Source: Octopus sinensis (Eukaryota). Taken from it: a stretch of 64,000 nucleotides of DNA. Location of the stretch: NCBI RefSeq assembly GCF_006345805.1, contig NC_043001.1:33480001-33544000 (forward strand), read 5' to 3'. The notes under the pieces were generated by a model, which ran no database searches, had not been told where the DNA came from, and saw only the letters and a list, made by a program, of their open reading frames with translations. This document shows positions 11,992-25,398 of this stretch, one piece after another (within the stretch, counting starts at the first letter, position 1; each line of letters begins with the position of its first letter). A program made the translations under genes and the position numbers.

Positions 11992-12693
11992 CCTATCATT
12001 TTTGTTACTAAACAAGAGCCACACCTACTTCAATAATTTCTGTTTTATATGTTTTTGAAATACATTAAATATTTTTCTTGCAAAATAATAAATACAAAGT
12101 AACCATTTTCAAAAATTTACTCTACTTCGGTGTTCTGTGTAGAGAAATTTGACAGTGATTAGGGTTGTAGATGTATGATAAACAAACTTCATACAGTTAA
12201 CTGTGTTTTAAAAAGTATATGAATAAAAGCAAAAATGTATTTTGAAAACAAGGAATTGTATGTGCATTTTAGATGTGTAAGAATGTGCAAAACAACTCTA
12301 CTAGGATGTAACATTTTACACCAAAATATCTTTTCATTAAAAGATGAGGTGGTTATGGCTGGAATGTCTATTAAAAGATGAGGTGGTTATGGCTGGAATA
12401 TAGGTTTGCTTCGGTAGAGCTGGCATAGGGCTGGAAACAACTACACACATATGCAGACATATGTATAAATACATGCAGTGTTTTTCAGAGATTCAAATCC
12501 TTATATTTATATAATCATGTCATCATACTTAGCACTTATGGCACCATAAATATTAGGTATTATGAAAGAGTTAAGCATCTTAGCAAGCAAATACCAGAAA
12601 GAAATAGGAAATCTTTTATTTGTTTCAGTCAATTGACCACAGCCATGCTGGGGCACTGCCTTGAAGGGTTTTAGCCAAACAAATTGACCAGAG

Positions 12694-12737
<44 letters not shown>

Positions 12738-12739
12738 CG

Positions 12740-13035
12740 GAGACCTTTGGTCATGAATGACCATGAGATTGCACCTAGAGAGTTACAAGTCCGGGCAATG
12801 TTGTTTATAGAAGACCAGCAGTTGCCCATGCATACCATCCTCCCCTCTCCACCCCACTGATGTTATCCAAGGGAAAGGCAAAGGCCAATACAGCTTGGCA
12901 CCAGTGACGTCACAACTCATATCTACAGCTAAGTGAACTGGAGCAATGTGAAACACAACACGCAGCCCAGTCCAGGATTTGAGCTCACAACCTGACGGTC
13001 GTAAGTTCGACCCTCTGACCACTGAGCCATGTGCC
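12740..13035 (-). mobile_element. SINE family U
   Basis: Homologous in reverse to 54590-54890 (gtcactggtgccaagctgtat...ggataacatc). Confidence 0.7.
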
Positions 13036-13037
13036 TT

Positions 13038-13092
<55 letters not shown>

Positions 13093-13093
<1 letters not shown>

Positions 13094-13255
13094 ATGGGCT
13101 TTATTCAGTTTCCATCTATCAAATCTACTCATGTGGCTTTGGTCAGCCCAAAGCTATAGTGCGAGACACTTGCCCAAGGTGTCAGACAGTGGAACTGAAC
13201 CCAGAACCATGTGGTTGAGAAGCAAGCTTCTTACCACACAGCCATGACTGCACCT
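13093..13255 (-). mobile_element. SINE family P, 5' half
   Basis: Head and gacacttgcccaaggtg segment, ending in a (TA)n/(CA)n tract. Confidence 0.8.
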
Positions 13256-13435
13256 GATTTCTTGCTAAGCAAAAATTTCGGATTCATGAAGGTGATGTGA
13301 CTGTATGATATCCATGATTTTTCACATCAACATCATCAATGTCAGCCAGGCCAAACGGTTAGACCTCGCTCCCTGACACATAATGTGGACTCTGAAAGCA
13401 ATGAAGTGAACTCTTTCACCACACCTGTGAGAACA

Positions 13436-13881
13436 TTAACCTTTTAGCATTCAGATTTCACTGTCAAATCCAATGCTTAATTATTCATATTGTTTTGAAT
13501 TATACATGCATTCTGCTGTAGTTTTGAGATTTTGATGATGCGTTTGTTTTTAGAATGACATTGTTGAGCAGGTGTGAGAAGTATCTGATGAGTTGGAACA
13601 TAAAACTGACAAAATATTTTAGCCATATGTGGCCACTTTAACACTTTGATTACCAACCCAGCTGAAACCGGCTCTGTCTCTGTAGTACAAACGTCTTGTT
13701 TTCATAAGTTTTGAATTAAAATCTTCCACCAAACCTTAGTCACAATTTATGTTCCTAACACTAGCTGAATGATAACTAAGTTATTTTATTGAATTCTTTG
13801 TTATATTTAATGTAATTGAAAGAAACCCAGAACATCTCAAAATAAATATGGTAATGAAAAGGTTAAATGCTAAAGGCTTAA
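13436..13881. mobile_element. Nested piggyBac-type MITEs (family A inside family B)
   Basis: Outer ends TTAACCTTTTAGCAT...ATGCTAAAGGCTTAA; inner element bounded by TTAA at 13638-13641 and 13863-13866. Confidence 0.8.
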
Positions 13882-14261
13882 AGAGCTTCATGACTTATAA
13901 TGATTACAGAAATAGGTGTATGTAAACAAGTATCTCATACTGCCTGTCAGTGAACACAGCACAGTTAAAATCTGTAAAATACAGACCTGGTCCTCCAAGC
14001 TGCTAGTTAGGTGTGAATCAGAAAGCAAAGCAAACATTAATATATAATCTCGCTAGAGACCCCATACCTCCTTTATTCACTGAGAGAAATATTGATTACA
14101 ACTATATATAGTTACTATATATTTGGACTTTGCTAAACCAGTTAGTCCAATTTGCATAACAATGCTTTTGTTGAACAAATAATTAATTAGTTAACGATGC
14201 ACAATTAGTTAGTGATGCACTAAACAGTGTATGTTAGATAATTTGAAATATGTTTTCTATT

Positions 14262-14650
14262 AAAGGCACAAGGCCTGAAATTTTGTGGGAGGGGGCTAGT
14301 CTATTACATCGTCCCCCAGTGTTTCACTGGTACTTAATTTATTGACCCAGAAATGATAAAAGGTAAAGTCAAACTTGATGGAATTTGAACTCTGAATGTA
14401 GCAACACGTGAAATACCTATTTCTTTACTACCCTCAAGGGACTAAACACAGAGACGACTAACAAGGACAGACAAACAGATTAAGTTGATTATATCGACCA
14501 TGGTGCATAACTGGTACTTATTTAATCAACCCCGAAAGGATGAAAAGCAAAGCCGACCTCAGCGGAATTTGAACTCAGAACGTAGCAGCTGACGAAATAC
14601 CGCTAAGCATTTTGCCCGGCGTGCTAACGATTCTGCCAGTTCACCACCTT
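14262..14650 (-). mobile_element. SINE family Q, dimeric form
   Basis: Head ggcgagctggcagaa type; core gaggtcgactttgcctttcatcctttcggggtcga present twice. Confidence 0.85.
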
Positions 14651-15317
14651 AGGGTAATTTGAAATATGAAGTAAGGTACACCTTATGATAAACAAGTGTG
14701 TGAACCATAACTGTGATGTGTAATCAAACACGCAGGAAAAATTAGTAAATGTGTTTTATCTCTCCATCGACAGAAAAAGGGGTTTGGCCTAATAATTATT
14801 TTTGCATAATTCATTAGAAACCATGCACCCATCTCATCTAGCAAAACAAGACACCTTTTAGCAAAATGAGATACAATTGATAAGCAGAGACAGAACAACT
14901 ATGAATTGACTATAAGAGAGTACTATACAGATGAGAAATTTTAGAGAAACAAGTTTGGATCTCAGATCTTGGAAATGACATAAAACAGCAGCAAAGCCAA
15001 CGAATGACAAATAGAACAACACTAATGAAATGGTGATAACCATAGACAATTCCTTGATAAAACAATGCTAGAAACCAAGGATGAAAATGACAGCCATGGC
15101 AAAGGAATGAACTTATTACAATGTATATAAAAACCAACCTGAAATACTGAAAGAAAGTAGTTTCCGGGGTGGGAAATTTGGGTCGAGAGAAAAAATAATT
15201 CATTCAAAATAAACAAGGTATTCCAAATGAAGTATTGAGTATTCTCTTCCTGGTTCATTGGCTGAATGTAACATTTAAATGTATAAGCATACATATATAT
15301 GTATATATATAAACACA

Positions 15318-15622
15318 CGTGAAAAAACATTCGAGCTAGGTCATTGCCAGTGCCGCTGGACTGGCTCCTGTGCAGCTGGCACGTAAAAAACACCATTTGA
15401 GCATGGCCGTTGCCAGTACAGCCTCACTGGTCCTCATGCCAGTGGCATGTAAAAGCACCCACTACACTCTCGGAGTGGTTGGCGTTAGGAAGGGCATCCA
15501 GCTGTAGAAACTCTGCCAAATCAGACTAGAGCCTGGTGTAGCCATCTGGTTTGCCAGTCCTCAGTCAAATCGTCCAACCCATGCTAGCATGGAAAGCGGA
15601 TGTTAAACGATGATGATGATGA
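15318..15622 (+). mobile_element. SINE family R
   Basis: Same body and (GAT)n tail as 11155-11605. Confidence 0.85.
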
Positions 15623-15636
15623 TATATATATATATC

Positions 15637-16030
15637 TGTTGGCTGGGACACATGCACCAGATGCCTGATGGGAGGTTACCAAAAGATACACTGTATGAGC
15701 TAGCCTCTGGCAGACATGCTCGCGGATGACCACATCTCCGTTCCAAGGATGTGTGCAAACCTGACACAAAGGCCATGAGTATGAATACCAAAACCAGGGA
15801 GAACATGGCAAAAGACCGTTCCTGCTGGAGACAGATGTTGAGTACAGCCCTGAGGGAAGATCACATATGTCAGACAGCAGAGGACAGATGGAGATGCAGG
15901 AAGACCGAACGACCAACCACATCAGCAGCCGTGACTGTCACTCATGCATTGGCCTTGTCAGTCACAAGTGATGTTGCAACACTAATCTATTCCAAGGCGT
16001 AGATCCATAATCTTTCGAGACTAATGGATG
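15637..16030 (+). mobile_element. RTE (BovB-like) LINE 3' remnant
   Basis: Reads WLGHMHQMPDGRLPKDTLYELASG...HLRSKDVCKPDTKAM...DRSCWR. Confidence 0.85.
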
Positions 16031-16329
16031 CCAATCATATATATATATATATCACATATATATATATATTATATATACATGCATACATATATATACATAT
16101 ATATATAGGAATGATACACATACACAAATGGTTTTTCTAGTGGCCACTGCTATTACAAAGGAGATAATCATTTCTTCATAACATGGGTCAGGATTAGAAT
16201 TTTGAATATGAAATCAGGGAATTACAAGGAAAAAGACTCATAGAATCATGCTATGAATAATGAGAATCATGCATAGCACTATTTCATTCTTTTTTAAAAA
16301 TCAACTGCATATACATACATATATATCCA

Positions 16330-16517
16330 GATTACAAGTTCAGGTTTATACTTGTAATTACTGGAGCCCTGGGATGTGTAGCACACTGCCAAATACCAAT
16401 CTTGAGAAATTAGGCTTCTCAAAACCGGAAAGGAGAAAGCTAATTCAAAGTCTACAGATCCAATCCATCACTGGAAGTGTAAAAATCTGTAAAACTTTCC
16501 ATAAGTTTATCATTTAA
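16330..16517 (+). mobile_element. 3' end of a restriction-like-endonuclease LINE
   Basis: ITGALG-like segment followed by NLEKLGFSKPERRKLIQSLQIQSITGSVKICKTF. Confidence 0.65.
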
Positions 16518-16567
16518 ATATATATGAACATGTCTAGATATGCAATTACATGCATGAGAATGCTTAC

Positions 16568-16682
16568 ATAAAACCCTGCTGTTGATAATACCCTGTTGTT
16601 GATGTTGAAATTCCAATGAAGGACCCTTGGATCTAGGTTAAAAACCAGTTCTTTCTCTATTGGCAAGAACTTTTGAAATAAA
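16568..16682 (-). CDS. Candidate internal exon, unidentified protein
   Basis: ttcag acceptor, GTAAGC donor, one open frame LFQKFLPIEKELVFNLDPRVLHWNFNINNRVLSTAGFY; no recognised homolog. Confidence 0.25.
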
Positions 16683-17892
16683 CTGAATAATGACATACAT
16701 ACATACACATCACAGATCTGATTGTGTTGTCAAGAGGTTTGCTTTGCAACCATATCGTTTCAGGTTGAATCCCTTAATATTGTATGTTGGTCAAATGTCT
16801 TTTATGGAAGCCCTAGGTTGACCAATACCTCGAAAGGGAAATTTGGGGTAGATAAAAACAGTATGGAAGATGGTCTCTTGTGTGTGTATACATGCCAGTA
16901 TCTTCACAATAACAATGCTATGGCATTCGGGATGTTACTTATATCCCCGTTAACAAAATGTCTCTTTCAGCATTTTGATAAGCAAAGATTAGGAATACAA
17001 TTTTACTTAAAAACAAGTAAGTGTTGATGTCAAAAAGAGCAAGTGACCCGAGAATACTGCCTTGAGAAATTTCATCCAACTCATGCTATATGTGAAAAAG
17101 ACATAAAAGGCATAATGATATTCATGTATGAGTATTAAATCTCCTTCACATCACACTCTAGTTTTCTAATAAACATACTTGGATGTATAAGCATATAAGT
17201 AGATATGTAAATGTGTGTGCATGTGTTGTGTGAGTGCTTGCAAAGGGTGTAAGAGAAAGAAAGAAGCAGATTTAAATAAGCTGCTTGCTTCTTTTTATCT
17301 TATATCTTAATCTTAATCAGAACTAAATACTTTGTCTTGTTTGTGGATAGGTATTAAATTGGTAGCCATAGGCTATAACCAAAACTTAAAAACTCTTTAT
17401 AAAATCTTATGCAAACATAAATATGTAAATCTTGAAACGTATAAGGAAGAAGCTGTTTAAACAGCTTTCAATTTTCATATCAACAACACTCAGAGCCTTA
17501 TGCTTGAACAGCATAGTTATGTCCCTTTATGTAGTGGGTCATGTGTAGATTTGATGTTTAACTTCGCCCTTCACTCACTTTTTGGGGGTTGATAAAATAT
17601 TTATTTGTTGTGTTGTTGTTGTTGCTACTGTTGCTACTACAGCTGTTGCTCAAAACCATTCAAGATAAGATAATCCTGCTTTTTCTATCCCCCCCCCCCA
17701 ATATAGTATATTTAGAACTACATTCTGGGTGATTCAAGAGAAAGTTTGGTTGCTATATGCTGTTGGTTAAACAACCACATAAAAAAACGCCTTCATTCTT
17801 TGTACTGTTCATACAGTTTGGGCTAAGTTTTTTGATGAGTTGTAATGCACCGGAGCACTGTATACAATAAGTTCATTTCATTATATCATATC

Positions 17893-18320
17893 ACTAGCAG
17901 TATAGCCCGGCGTTGCTCGGGTTTGTTTTCTTTTCGACCCTTTAGAATTGGAATTTTTGAAAAGTAAAAATTTTGCATTATGTAGCTTGTTATTCTCTTT
18001 AAGTAAACATTTTTCTGGTTGAAATACACCGAAAAATGGTGACACAGCAGTCAAAAAAGTTGTAAAAAATAGGGATTTTCATAGACAAAAAGCACCTTTT
18101 TGAAGTAAATAATTTTTGGTCTTAACATGATCCGATTTGAATTTTTTCTTCTACGGAATGAAGAGCAAGCCTTCTTCTATCATACTCTCAATTTTGGTCA
18201 ACTTGCACCGCAGGGTCTCGGAGGAGATAGTGCAAGTTGAAGACTACCAAACCTGCCACACACACACACACACACACACACTTAGACAACTTCAGCTTTA
18301 TATATATATATATATATACA
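17893..18320 (+). mobile_element. Helitron/Helentron-like non-autonomous element
   Basis: actagcagtatagcccggcgttgctcggg start, internal (CA)n, caacttcagcttta(ta)n end. Confidence 0.75.
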
Positions 18321-19424
18321 GGGCTTATTTATTCAGCTGTGGTCCCTTATGAAAATGCATAATCTGCTAACAGGTACTGATTTTTGTTGTAAACAGGCAC
18401 TGATTTACATATTCTTTAATTCTTTTACTAGTTTCACTCATTCAGTAATAGCCATGAAGTTCATCATCTTGAAGGACTTTTTAGCAAATAATATCAAACT
18501 TTGTATTTATTTAAGTTTTTGTAATTATATTATCAATCTTTATTGAATGGTTAGATTAATTTTTGACTTTGAGGTATACAACTTGAAGCATAGTTTTATA
18601 CAGTATATACAGACATAAGCATACATCAAATATTCAAGGGGTCAATAGGCTTATAGGACCAGTTTCCTGGATTCTGTAGTGTATATATTCCACCCCCACA
18701 AGGATGGGGCACCAGTCCATTGCAACATCTGAACCAGTGAGACACATGCCTCAACATAAGTACACACACACACACACGCACGCACACATACACACACACT
18801 CTCTCACACACACACACACACACCACACACACACACACAAGAATGCAAAGATAATAACAATGCATTATATATTTGCTTTCCTTTATTTTCTCCACACCAT
18901 CCACAGCATAAATCTCTTCTGATTTGTTGGAATTAAAATTCAAAGTAGTTAAACCGTAAATATTCTTCCAAGGGTTATGAAGTACAGGTCTGAAATGTTC
19001 TGTAATTCCTCCATCGGAAAATAAACATGTTCAAAATTACAACAGTAATAAAAGAAAAGTTAGTATAAATATTGTGTAGAATATATCTGTGGCCAGGTTT
19101 ATGAAATCAAAGGTGCAATTCACTGTTGTGGCAAAGGTGTTGTAGATACGATTTTGAATTAAATTTCATTTTGAGTGTTGCATAGGTGTGAATGGAAAAA
19201 TATCGATGAGGTAAAAAGGGAAGAAAAATCAGGTATTTAGCAGAAAGTTTCATTAAAAAATTAAATACTACAAGTTGATATCTTCTTCATTTGAAGACAT
19301 GTCTAATATTTTAGACCAGCTGAAAAGAGAGAGCTAACAGCTTGTGTTGTTTTATCAAAACAAGACTTATGGTTTTCTTTTAATTCATTTCATACTTGGT
19401 TAGAGAGAAGCATGAATCTCAATT

Positions 19425-19660
19425 ACCTATTTCTTTACTACCCACAAGGGGCTAAACACAGAGGGGACAAGCAAAGACAGACAAACGGATTAAGTCGATT
19501 AAATCGACCCCAGTGCATAACTGGTACTTAATTTATCAACCCCGAAAGGATGGAAGGCAAAGTCGACCTCGTCGGAATTTGAACTCACAACGTAACGGCA
19601 GCTGAAATACCGCAAAGCATTTCACCCAACGTGATAACGATTCTGCCAGCTCGCCACCGG
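19425..19660 (-). mobile_element. SINE family Q
   Basis: Full head-core-tail match to the other Q copies. Confidence 0.85.
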
Positions 19661-20108
19661 TTTGTTGGTAGAGTGTTATTTGGTATTTTTTAAAGTATTT
19701 ATTACAGAAACTTGTTCATGTTTTCTCAAACAATGCATTTATGTGAAAGAACATTAGATTCTGGGTATACAGCCAAAATTACTGTGAAGATACTAGCCTC
19801 TCATTAGCCAAAACTGGTGGTAAAGGATAATGAACTAATTTGTTACCTATTGAATGAGAGTTTCTACATTCCCCATTACTAGATTGCTAAACATTAAAAC
19901 AACATGAAATAGTAAAAACAAATGAGGATAAAAGCACATCCAATGGACTGAATTTACTGATGGTAAGTCAACCTAAGGATCAGCCTCATAACATGTTCAA
20001 TCCATTATGTGTCTAAGGTTTTAGAATAATTGAAAAAAGAGAATTGGTAGCTTCCTTCTATTCTTCTCAGAAAGAGACAACATTAGATTTTGCTTATGTA
20101 ATCAAAAT

Positions 20109-20424
20109 TCTTTTTTTTCTCGCCCTTATCAAGCCTAGCCAGGCTCATGGGCCCAGTTTCCCGGTTTCTGTGGCATATGTGCTCCCCCCGAGCTAGACAG
20201 GACGCCAGTCCATCACAGCGTTACCCAAGAAAAAGGAAGAGATAGTGAGAGAAAGTTGTGACTAAAGAGTACAACAGGGGTTGCCACCACCCTCTGCCAG
20301 AGCCTTGTGGAGCCTTTAGGTGTTTTCGCTCAATAAACACACACAACGTCCAGTTTGGGAATCGAAACTGTGATCCTCTGACTGCGAGTCCACTGCCCTA
20401 ACCCCTGAACCATTGCGCCTTCAC
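20109..20424 (-). mobile_element. tRNA-derived SINE family S' with 13-bp TSD
   Basis: TSD atgtaatcaaaat at 20096-20108 and 20425-20437. Confidence 0.85.
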
Positions 20425-21199
20425 ATGTAATCAAAATAGCTATGAAAATATTAGTATTTCATTGGCGATTAAATCTGGTGACAAATGATGAATGGCAAAA
20501 ACGTCATATGTTGCATGTATGCCACTACACATATGTAACAGTTTTTTAGACAGTTTCAGTCTACCAAATTTTATTCATCAGACAGTGAGGCCTTTAGGTG
20601 ATGCATAGTGGGATCAAACCTGGAAACATGTGGTTGCTAAGTGAACTTCTACATCAATCAGCTATGTTTTTGCTCATCTTTTAATTGCTTCGATCATTGG
20701 ATTGTGGTCATTCTGGGGCACTGCCATGAAGGGCCTAGTTGAACAAATTAGACCCAGTTTTATTTCTTTTCTTAAGTCTTGTACTTATTCTATTGGTCTT
20801 TTATACTGAACAGCTAAGTTATGGGAGTGTAAACAAACCAACTGCAATGGGGCTTGAGAGGAACACACACAAACGCACACACACACACAAACACACACAC
20901 ATACACACACACACGCAACAGGCTTCCACACAAAGTTTCCATCTACCAAATTCACTCTATTAATCTACCACCTTATATTAGATATTAATCTACCCCCACA
21001 AATGACCAACAATAACAATTGAATAAATCTATTTATTGGCTTGCAACTTGCAATTTGTAATTTACCACAATATCTTATCAATTATTATAATATTGAGTAT
21101 AATGCATGAGCTATAATGAATATGATTGCAAACTCAAATTTTACACCAGCTTTTGTGGTGTTCCTCTGAGCAAGGTAAATAACTCTGCATCCTCTTATA

Positions 21200-21603
21200 T
21201 TCTTTTCTACTCTAGGCACAAGGCCCGAGATTTGGGGGAAGGGAGACCAATCGATTAGATCGATTCCTGCACGTAACTGGTACTTAATTTATCGACCCCG
21301 AAAGAATGAAAGGTAAAGTCGACCACGGCGGAATTTGAACTCAGAACGTAACGGCAGACGAAATACCCATTTCCCCATTTCTTTACTACCCACAAGGGGC
21401 TAAACACAGAGAGAACAAGGACAGACAAAGGGATTAAGTCGATTACATCAACCTCATTGCGTAACTGGTACTTAATTTATCGACCCCGAAAGGATGAAAG
21501 GCAAAGTCGACCTCTGCGGAATTTGAACTCAGAACGTAACGGCAGACGAAATACGGCTACGCATGTCGCCCGGCGTGCTAATGTTTCTGCCAGCTCGCCG
21601 CCT
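21200..21603 (-). mobile_element. SINE family Q, dimeric form
   Basis: Head-core-tail-core-short tail, same layout as 14262-14650. Confidence 0.85.
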
Positions 21604-21688
21604 TGCTCTTATTCATATTGTAAGAAAATACAGGCATACCTCAACTTACTTTGTTTTTATTACCTTTATTATTATTATTTGACTTTAC

Positions 21689-22482
21689 GGATCTTTTCGG
21701 TTTGAACGGCAATTTTTCACATAATTTCTAGGTAATAAAAAATTTTAAACTTTGTATACTGGTGACTTTACGTTGTTTTTCTAAAGATATTAAAAAAAAA
21801 AATAAAGCTCAACTTCGGTCGGTTTATCTGACTTTACGTTGGTTTCAGAAAATATATTTAAAGACATAAAAATTTAATTTTAAAAAGTCCTAAAACCCAA
21901 AACCAAAGTAGAAAATCAAATAAAGTACGTGAAAATGTGTACAACCTATTTATTAAAACATATACAAGTTGACAGATATTTCAAAATGTTTTCCACGTTA
22001 CGTTGTTTTTCAGGTTAAGTTTCATATCCTGGAACCAGTTGCTGACGTAAGCTAAGGTATACTTAGGATCTTTTTGGTTTGAACGGCAGTTTTTTCTAGC
22101 AGTGTCATATGAAATTGTCACCCATAATTATAACCCTAGTATCGATCTATTGCATTTCAATCTGTTTTAGGTTTAAGGTTAGGGGTTGGGAGAAGGGTAT
22201 CTTTTTTCTTCAGAAATGTAAATAAACCCAATCTGTTTCTTAAACGAGGGACATATTCATACGGCACAGAATGTTTTTCACCTCAATAGACGTCATTGAT
22301 TGGTTGAAATTGCAGAAATTGAAGAAAAAAAACAACAAATATCTTACAAACTATAGAATTTTCTCAATAAAGCCAAGAGTAAAAGATGTTTAATAAACAC
22401 ATTCTACCAGCATACGAAGTTTAAAAGTGTTTAGTTACGTGGAAATTATTCTAAAAAACTGCCGTTCAAACCGAAAAGATTC
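21689..22482. mobile_element. TIR MITE(s), superfamily uncertain (PIF/Harbinger- or Tc1-like)
   Basis: TIR ggatctttt(c/t)ggtttgaacggca at 21689 and 22066; its reverse complement ends at 22482. Confidence 0.7.
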
Positions 22483-23574
22483 TATACTTGTATCTAGTTA
22501 ACACAGGACATCTAAGATGAAACAGCAGCATCAATGTAATTTTAGTGTAATTTCAAACCATGGTAGAATATTTCACAAAATTTCTGCATCAATAGAACCT
22601 AGTGACTAAGAATAATTCCCACAGAGCCATGATATCAACCGAATTTCTTGTTATTCCTGCTGTATATGTCCCACAAGGCCTCATATTAAGCAAAAGTTAT
22701 GTCTCTGTGTCTAAGTATTTCGCAAAAATAACAACTAAGTTTTTAACAAAAAGTTGAAACTTCAGCATTATTAGATGCGGCTGGGTGTCTTAGAGTAGAG
22801 TTATTCCCCCTTTTTCTTATTACCATCTGTTCTGCAAGCTATTAATTAAAAGTGTGTGTCAGGGAAAAAGGACTGCTATTTTGGAAGAGGGGTCAGTCGA
22901 TTGCATCGACAGCCGTACTCAACTTGTACTTATATTATCGCCTCCGAAAGGATAAAAAGCAAAGTTGATCTCGACGGAATTCGAACTCAGAGGCTAAAGA
23001 CGAACGGAATGCTGCTAAGCATTTCGCCCAGTATACTAACAATTGTCTGCTCACCATCATTATTACCATTAATAATGTTCTATGAACACTAATAATGCTT
23101 TCACAACGTTCATTATTGATTGCCCAGTAAATTAAACATGTATTAAACCCCCCTCCCTCACCCCCTCTCTCTCCCTCTCTTTCTTTCTTTCTCATGTGGT
23201 TTTGGTGTTTTGGTGGTTCTGATGAATAGTAGAGACAGCATTCTTTTCTACTCTAGGCACAAGGCTCGAAATTTTAGGGGAGGGGACCAGTCAATTAGAT
23301 CGACCCCAGTACACAACTGGTACATAATTTATCGACCCTGAAAGGATGAAAGGCAAAGTCAACCTCGGCAGAATATGAACTCAGAACATAATTTCAAATC
23401 TCAAGAAATAGTGGTCATGTGAATAAAATGTATAATATTCTGGACTCCCTAATTAAATGGTCTTGTTGAAGACCACACATTCTTTCAGTTTCATTTAGTC
23501 AACCTTCGCATCAACGAGAACCATTACTCTTCACACTTAAAATCATTATACATAGAAAAGGTAGCTAATTATCT

Positions 23575-23880
23575 TCATCATCATCATCATCGTTTAATGC
23601 CTGCCTTCCATGCTAGCATGGGTTGGACGGTTTGACTGAGGGCTGGATAGCTAGAAGGCTGCATCAGGCTCCAATCTGATCTGGCAAAATTTTTACAGCT
23701 GGATGCCCTTCTTAATGCCAACCACTTCAAGATTGTAGTGGGTGCTTTTTACGTGCCACCGAAACGAGGGCCAATCAGGCAGTAATGGCACCAACCATGC
23801 TCGAATGGGGATTTTTACATGCTACTGGCACAGGAGCCAGCCAGATGGTACTGGCATCGGCCACAACAATGATTTCACTT
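23575..23880 (-). mobile_element. SINE family R
   Basis: catcatcgtttaatgcctgccttccatgctagcatgggttggacgg tail. Confidence 0.8.
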
Positions 23881-25034
23881 GACTCAACAGGTTTTCTCAA
23901 GCACATTTCATTGCCCAATGATTAAAGGGTATTCTTAAATGGGCCGGTTATGCTACACTAGTATAGGTCATGGTTACAGTCTCACTTAGCTTTACAAATA
24001 CCACTTGTTTTTCATCCCTTTCAACGTTGATAAAATTAGTACTAGTTGAGCACTGGGGCTGATATAATCGACTTAACTACCCCTACAAACTTGCTGGCCT
24101 TTTGAAACCCAATATTGCATGTCAAGTAAGGCCTATTTTGGAGGGTTAGAGCATAGCCGTGATGGCAAACCATTTTTTTGTCTGGTGTGTCAAAATTTTT
24201 GTTTGTTTAATGACCCATGTAAGTGGATCACTTACATGTCATTATCATCATCACTTAAAATCTATGGGTCAAGCTGGCATTAGTTGGACAGTTTGACAGG
24301 ATCTGATAAATCCAAGGAAGACATCATGTTCCAGTCTCTACTTTGGCATGGTTTCTACAGTTGGATAAGTTTCCTAATGCCAATAGTCTTTTCCCCATGT
24401 AAATATATGCATGTATATTAGTTCTAAGTAAACAGTTATAGATAAGTTTTTGTAACATAGTATTACAAACACATTTTTTTCAAAATTCCTCATGTGCTAT
24501 CTAAAACTCTGCCGCATGTCATAGGTTTGCTACCTTTGGAGAAGAGTGTAGTAAAGTGTCATCAACATAAAAATGTGCTTTATAGATAAACAAGAGTATG
24601 AAAAAGGTAACTGAAACTTCAGATATACTGGAGTTAGAGCAGTGATGGTGAAAGAAGAACCCCAATAAACACTGTAAAATCAAAAGGCAATTATTTTTTT
24701 ACTTGCTAAATCTGAAGGGACAGTGCTCATAGCCCTTGCAGGCCCTCAGAAGTGAACGCCATTAATGCTCCATTTAAATTGTTGCAGATCAATGCCTGTG
24801 AAAAAAAAGGTGTGAACAGGGATGAGATTCCTCAAGGTTGATGATCTGAGGATGGAAAATTCAGCATAGTAGCTAGTGCAGGAAAATTTTCGGTTGGATG
24901 GAACAAGGATGACAAGAGGATGAGAAGTTAGTGAATCTATAATAAAATATATATATAATATAAAAATATGTAAAAATTGTGATGATCATCATCTTTGTCA
25001 TCAAGATGATCATAATTATGAAGAATAATGAGCA

Positions 25035-25398
25035 GCTGTGTGGTAAGTAGCTTGCTTACCAACCACGTGGTTCCAGGTCCAATCCCACTGCATGGCACCT
25101 TGGGCACGTGTCTTCTACTATAGCCTTGAGCCGAATAAATGCTTGTGAGTGGATTTGGTAAATGGAAACTGAAAGAAGCTCATCGTATATATGTGTGTGT
25201 GTGTCTGTGTTTGTCCCCCCAACATCGCTTGACAACCGATGCTGGTGTGTTTGCATCTCCATAATTTAGCAGTTCGGCAAAAGAGGCCGATAGAATAAGT
25301 ACTAGGCTTACAAAGAATAAGTCTTGGGGTCGATTTGTTTGACTAAAGGCGGTGCTCCAGCATGGCTGCAGTCAAATGACTGAAACAAGTAAAGAGTA
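25035..25398 (+). mobile_element. SINE family P
   Basis: Near full-length match. Confidence 0.85.

Noticed and set aside
12336-12399. 2 x ~33-bp tandem duplication (attaaaagatgaggtggttatggctggaat)
   Set aside because: Ordinary local slippage with no further structure.
19315-19398. Plus-strand frame PAEKRELTACVVLSKQDLWFSFNSFHTW reminded me of CatSper auxiliary-subunit beta-propeller segments
   Set aside because: Similarity is from memory over ~20 residues only, the donor is weak, and a competing minus-strand exon candidate (19273-19320) overlaps it.
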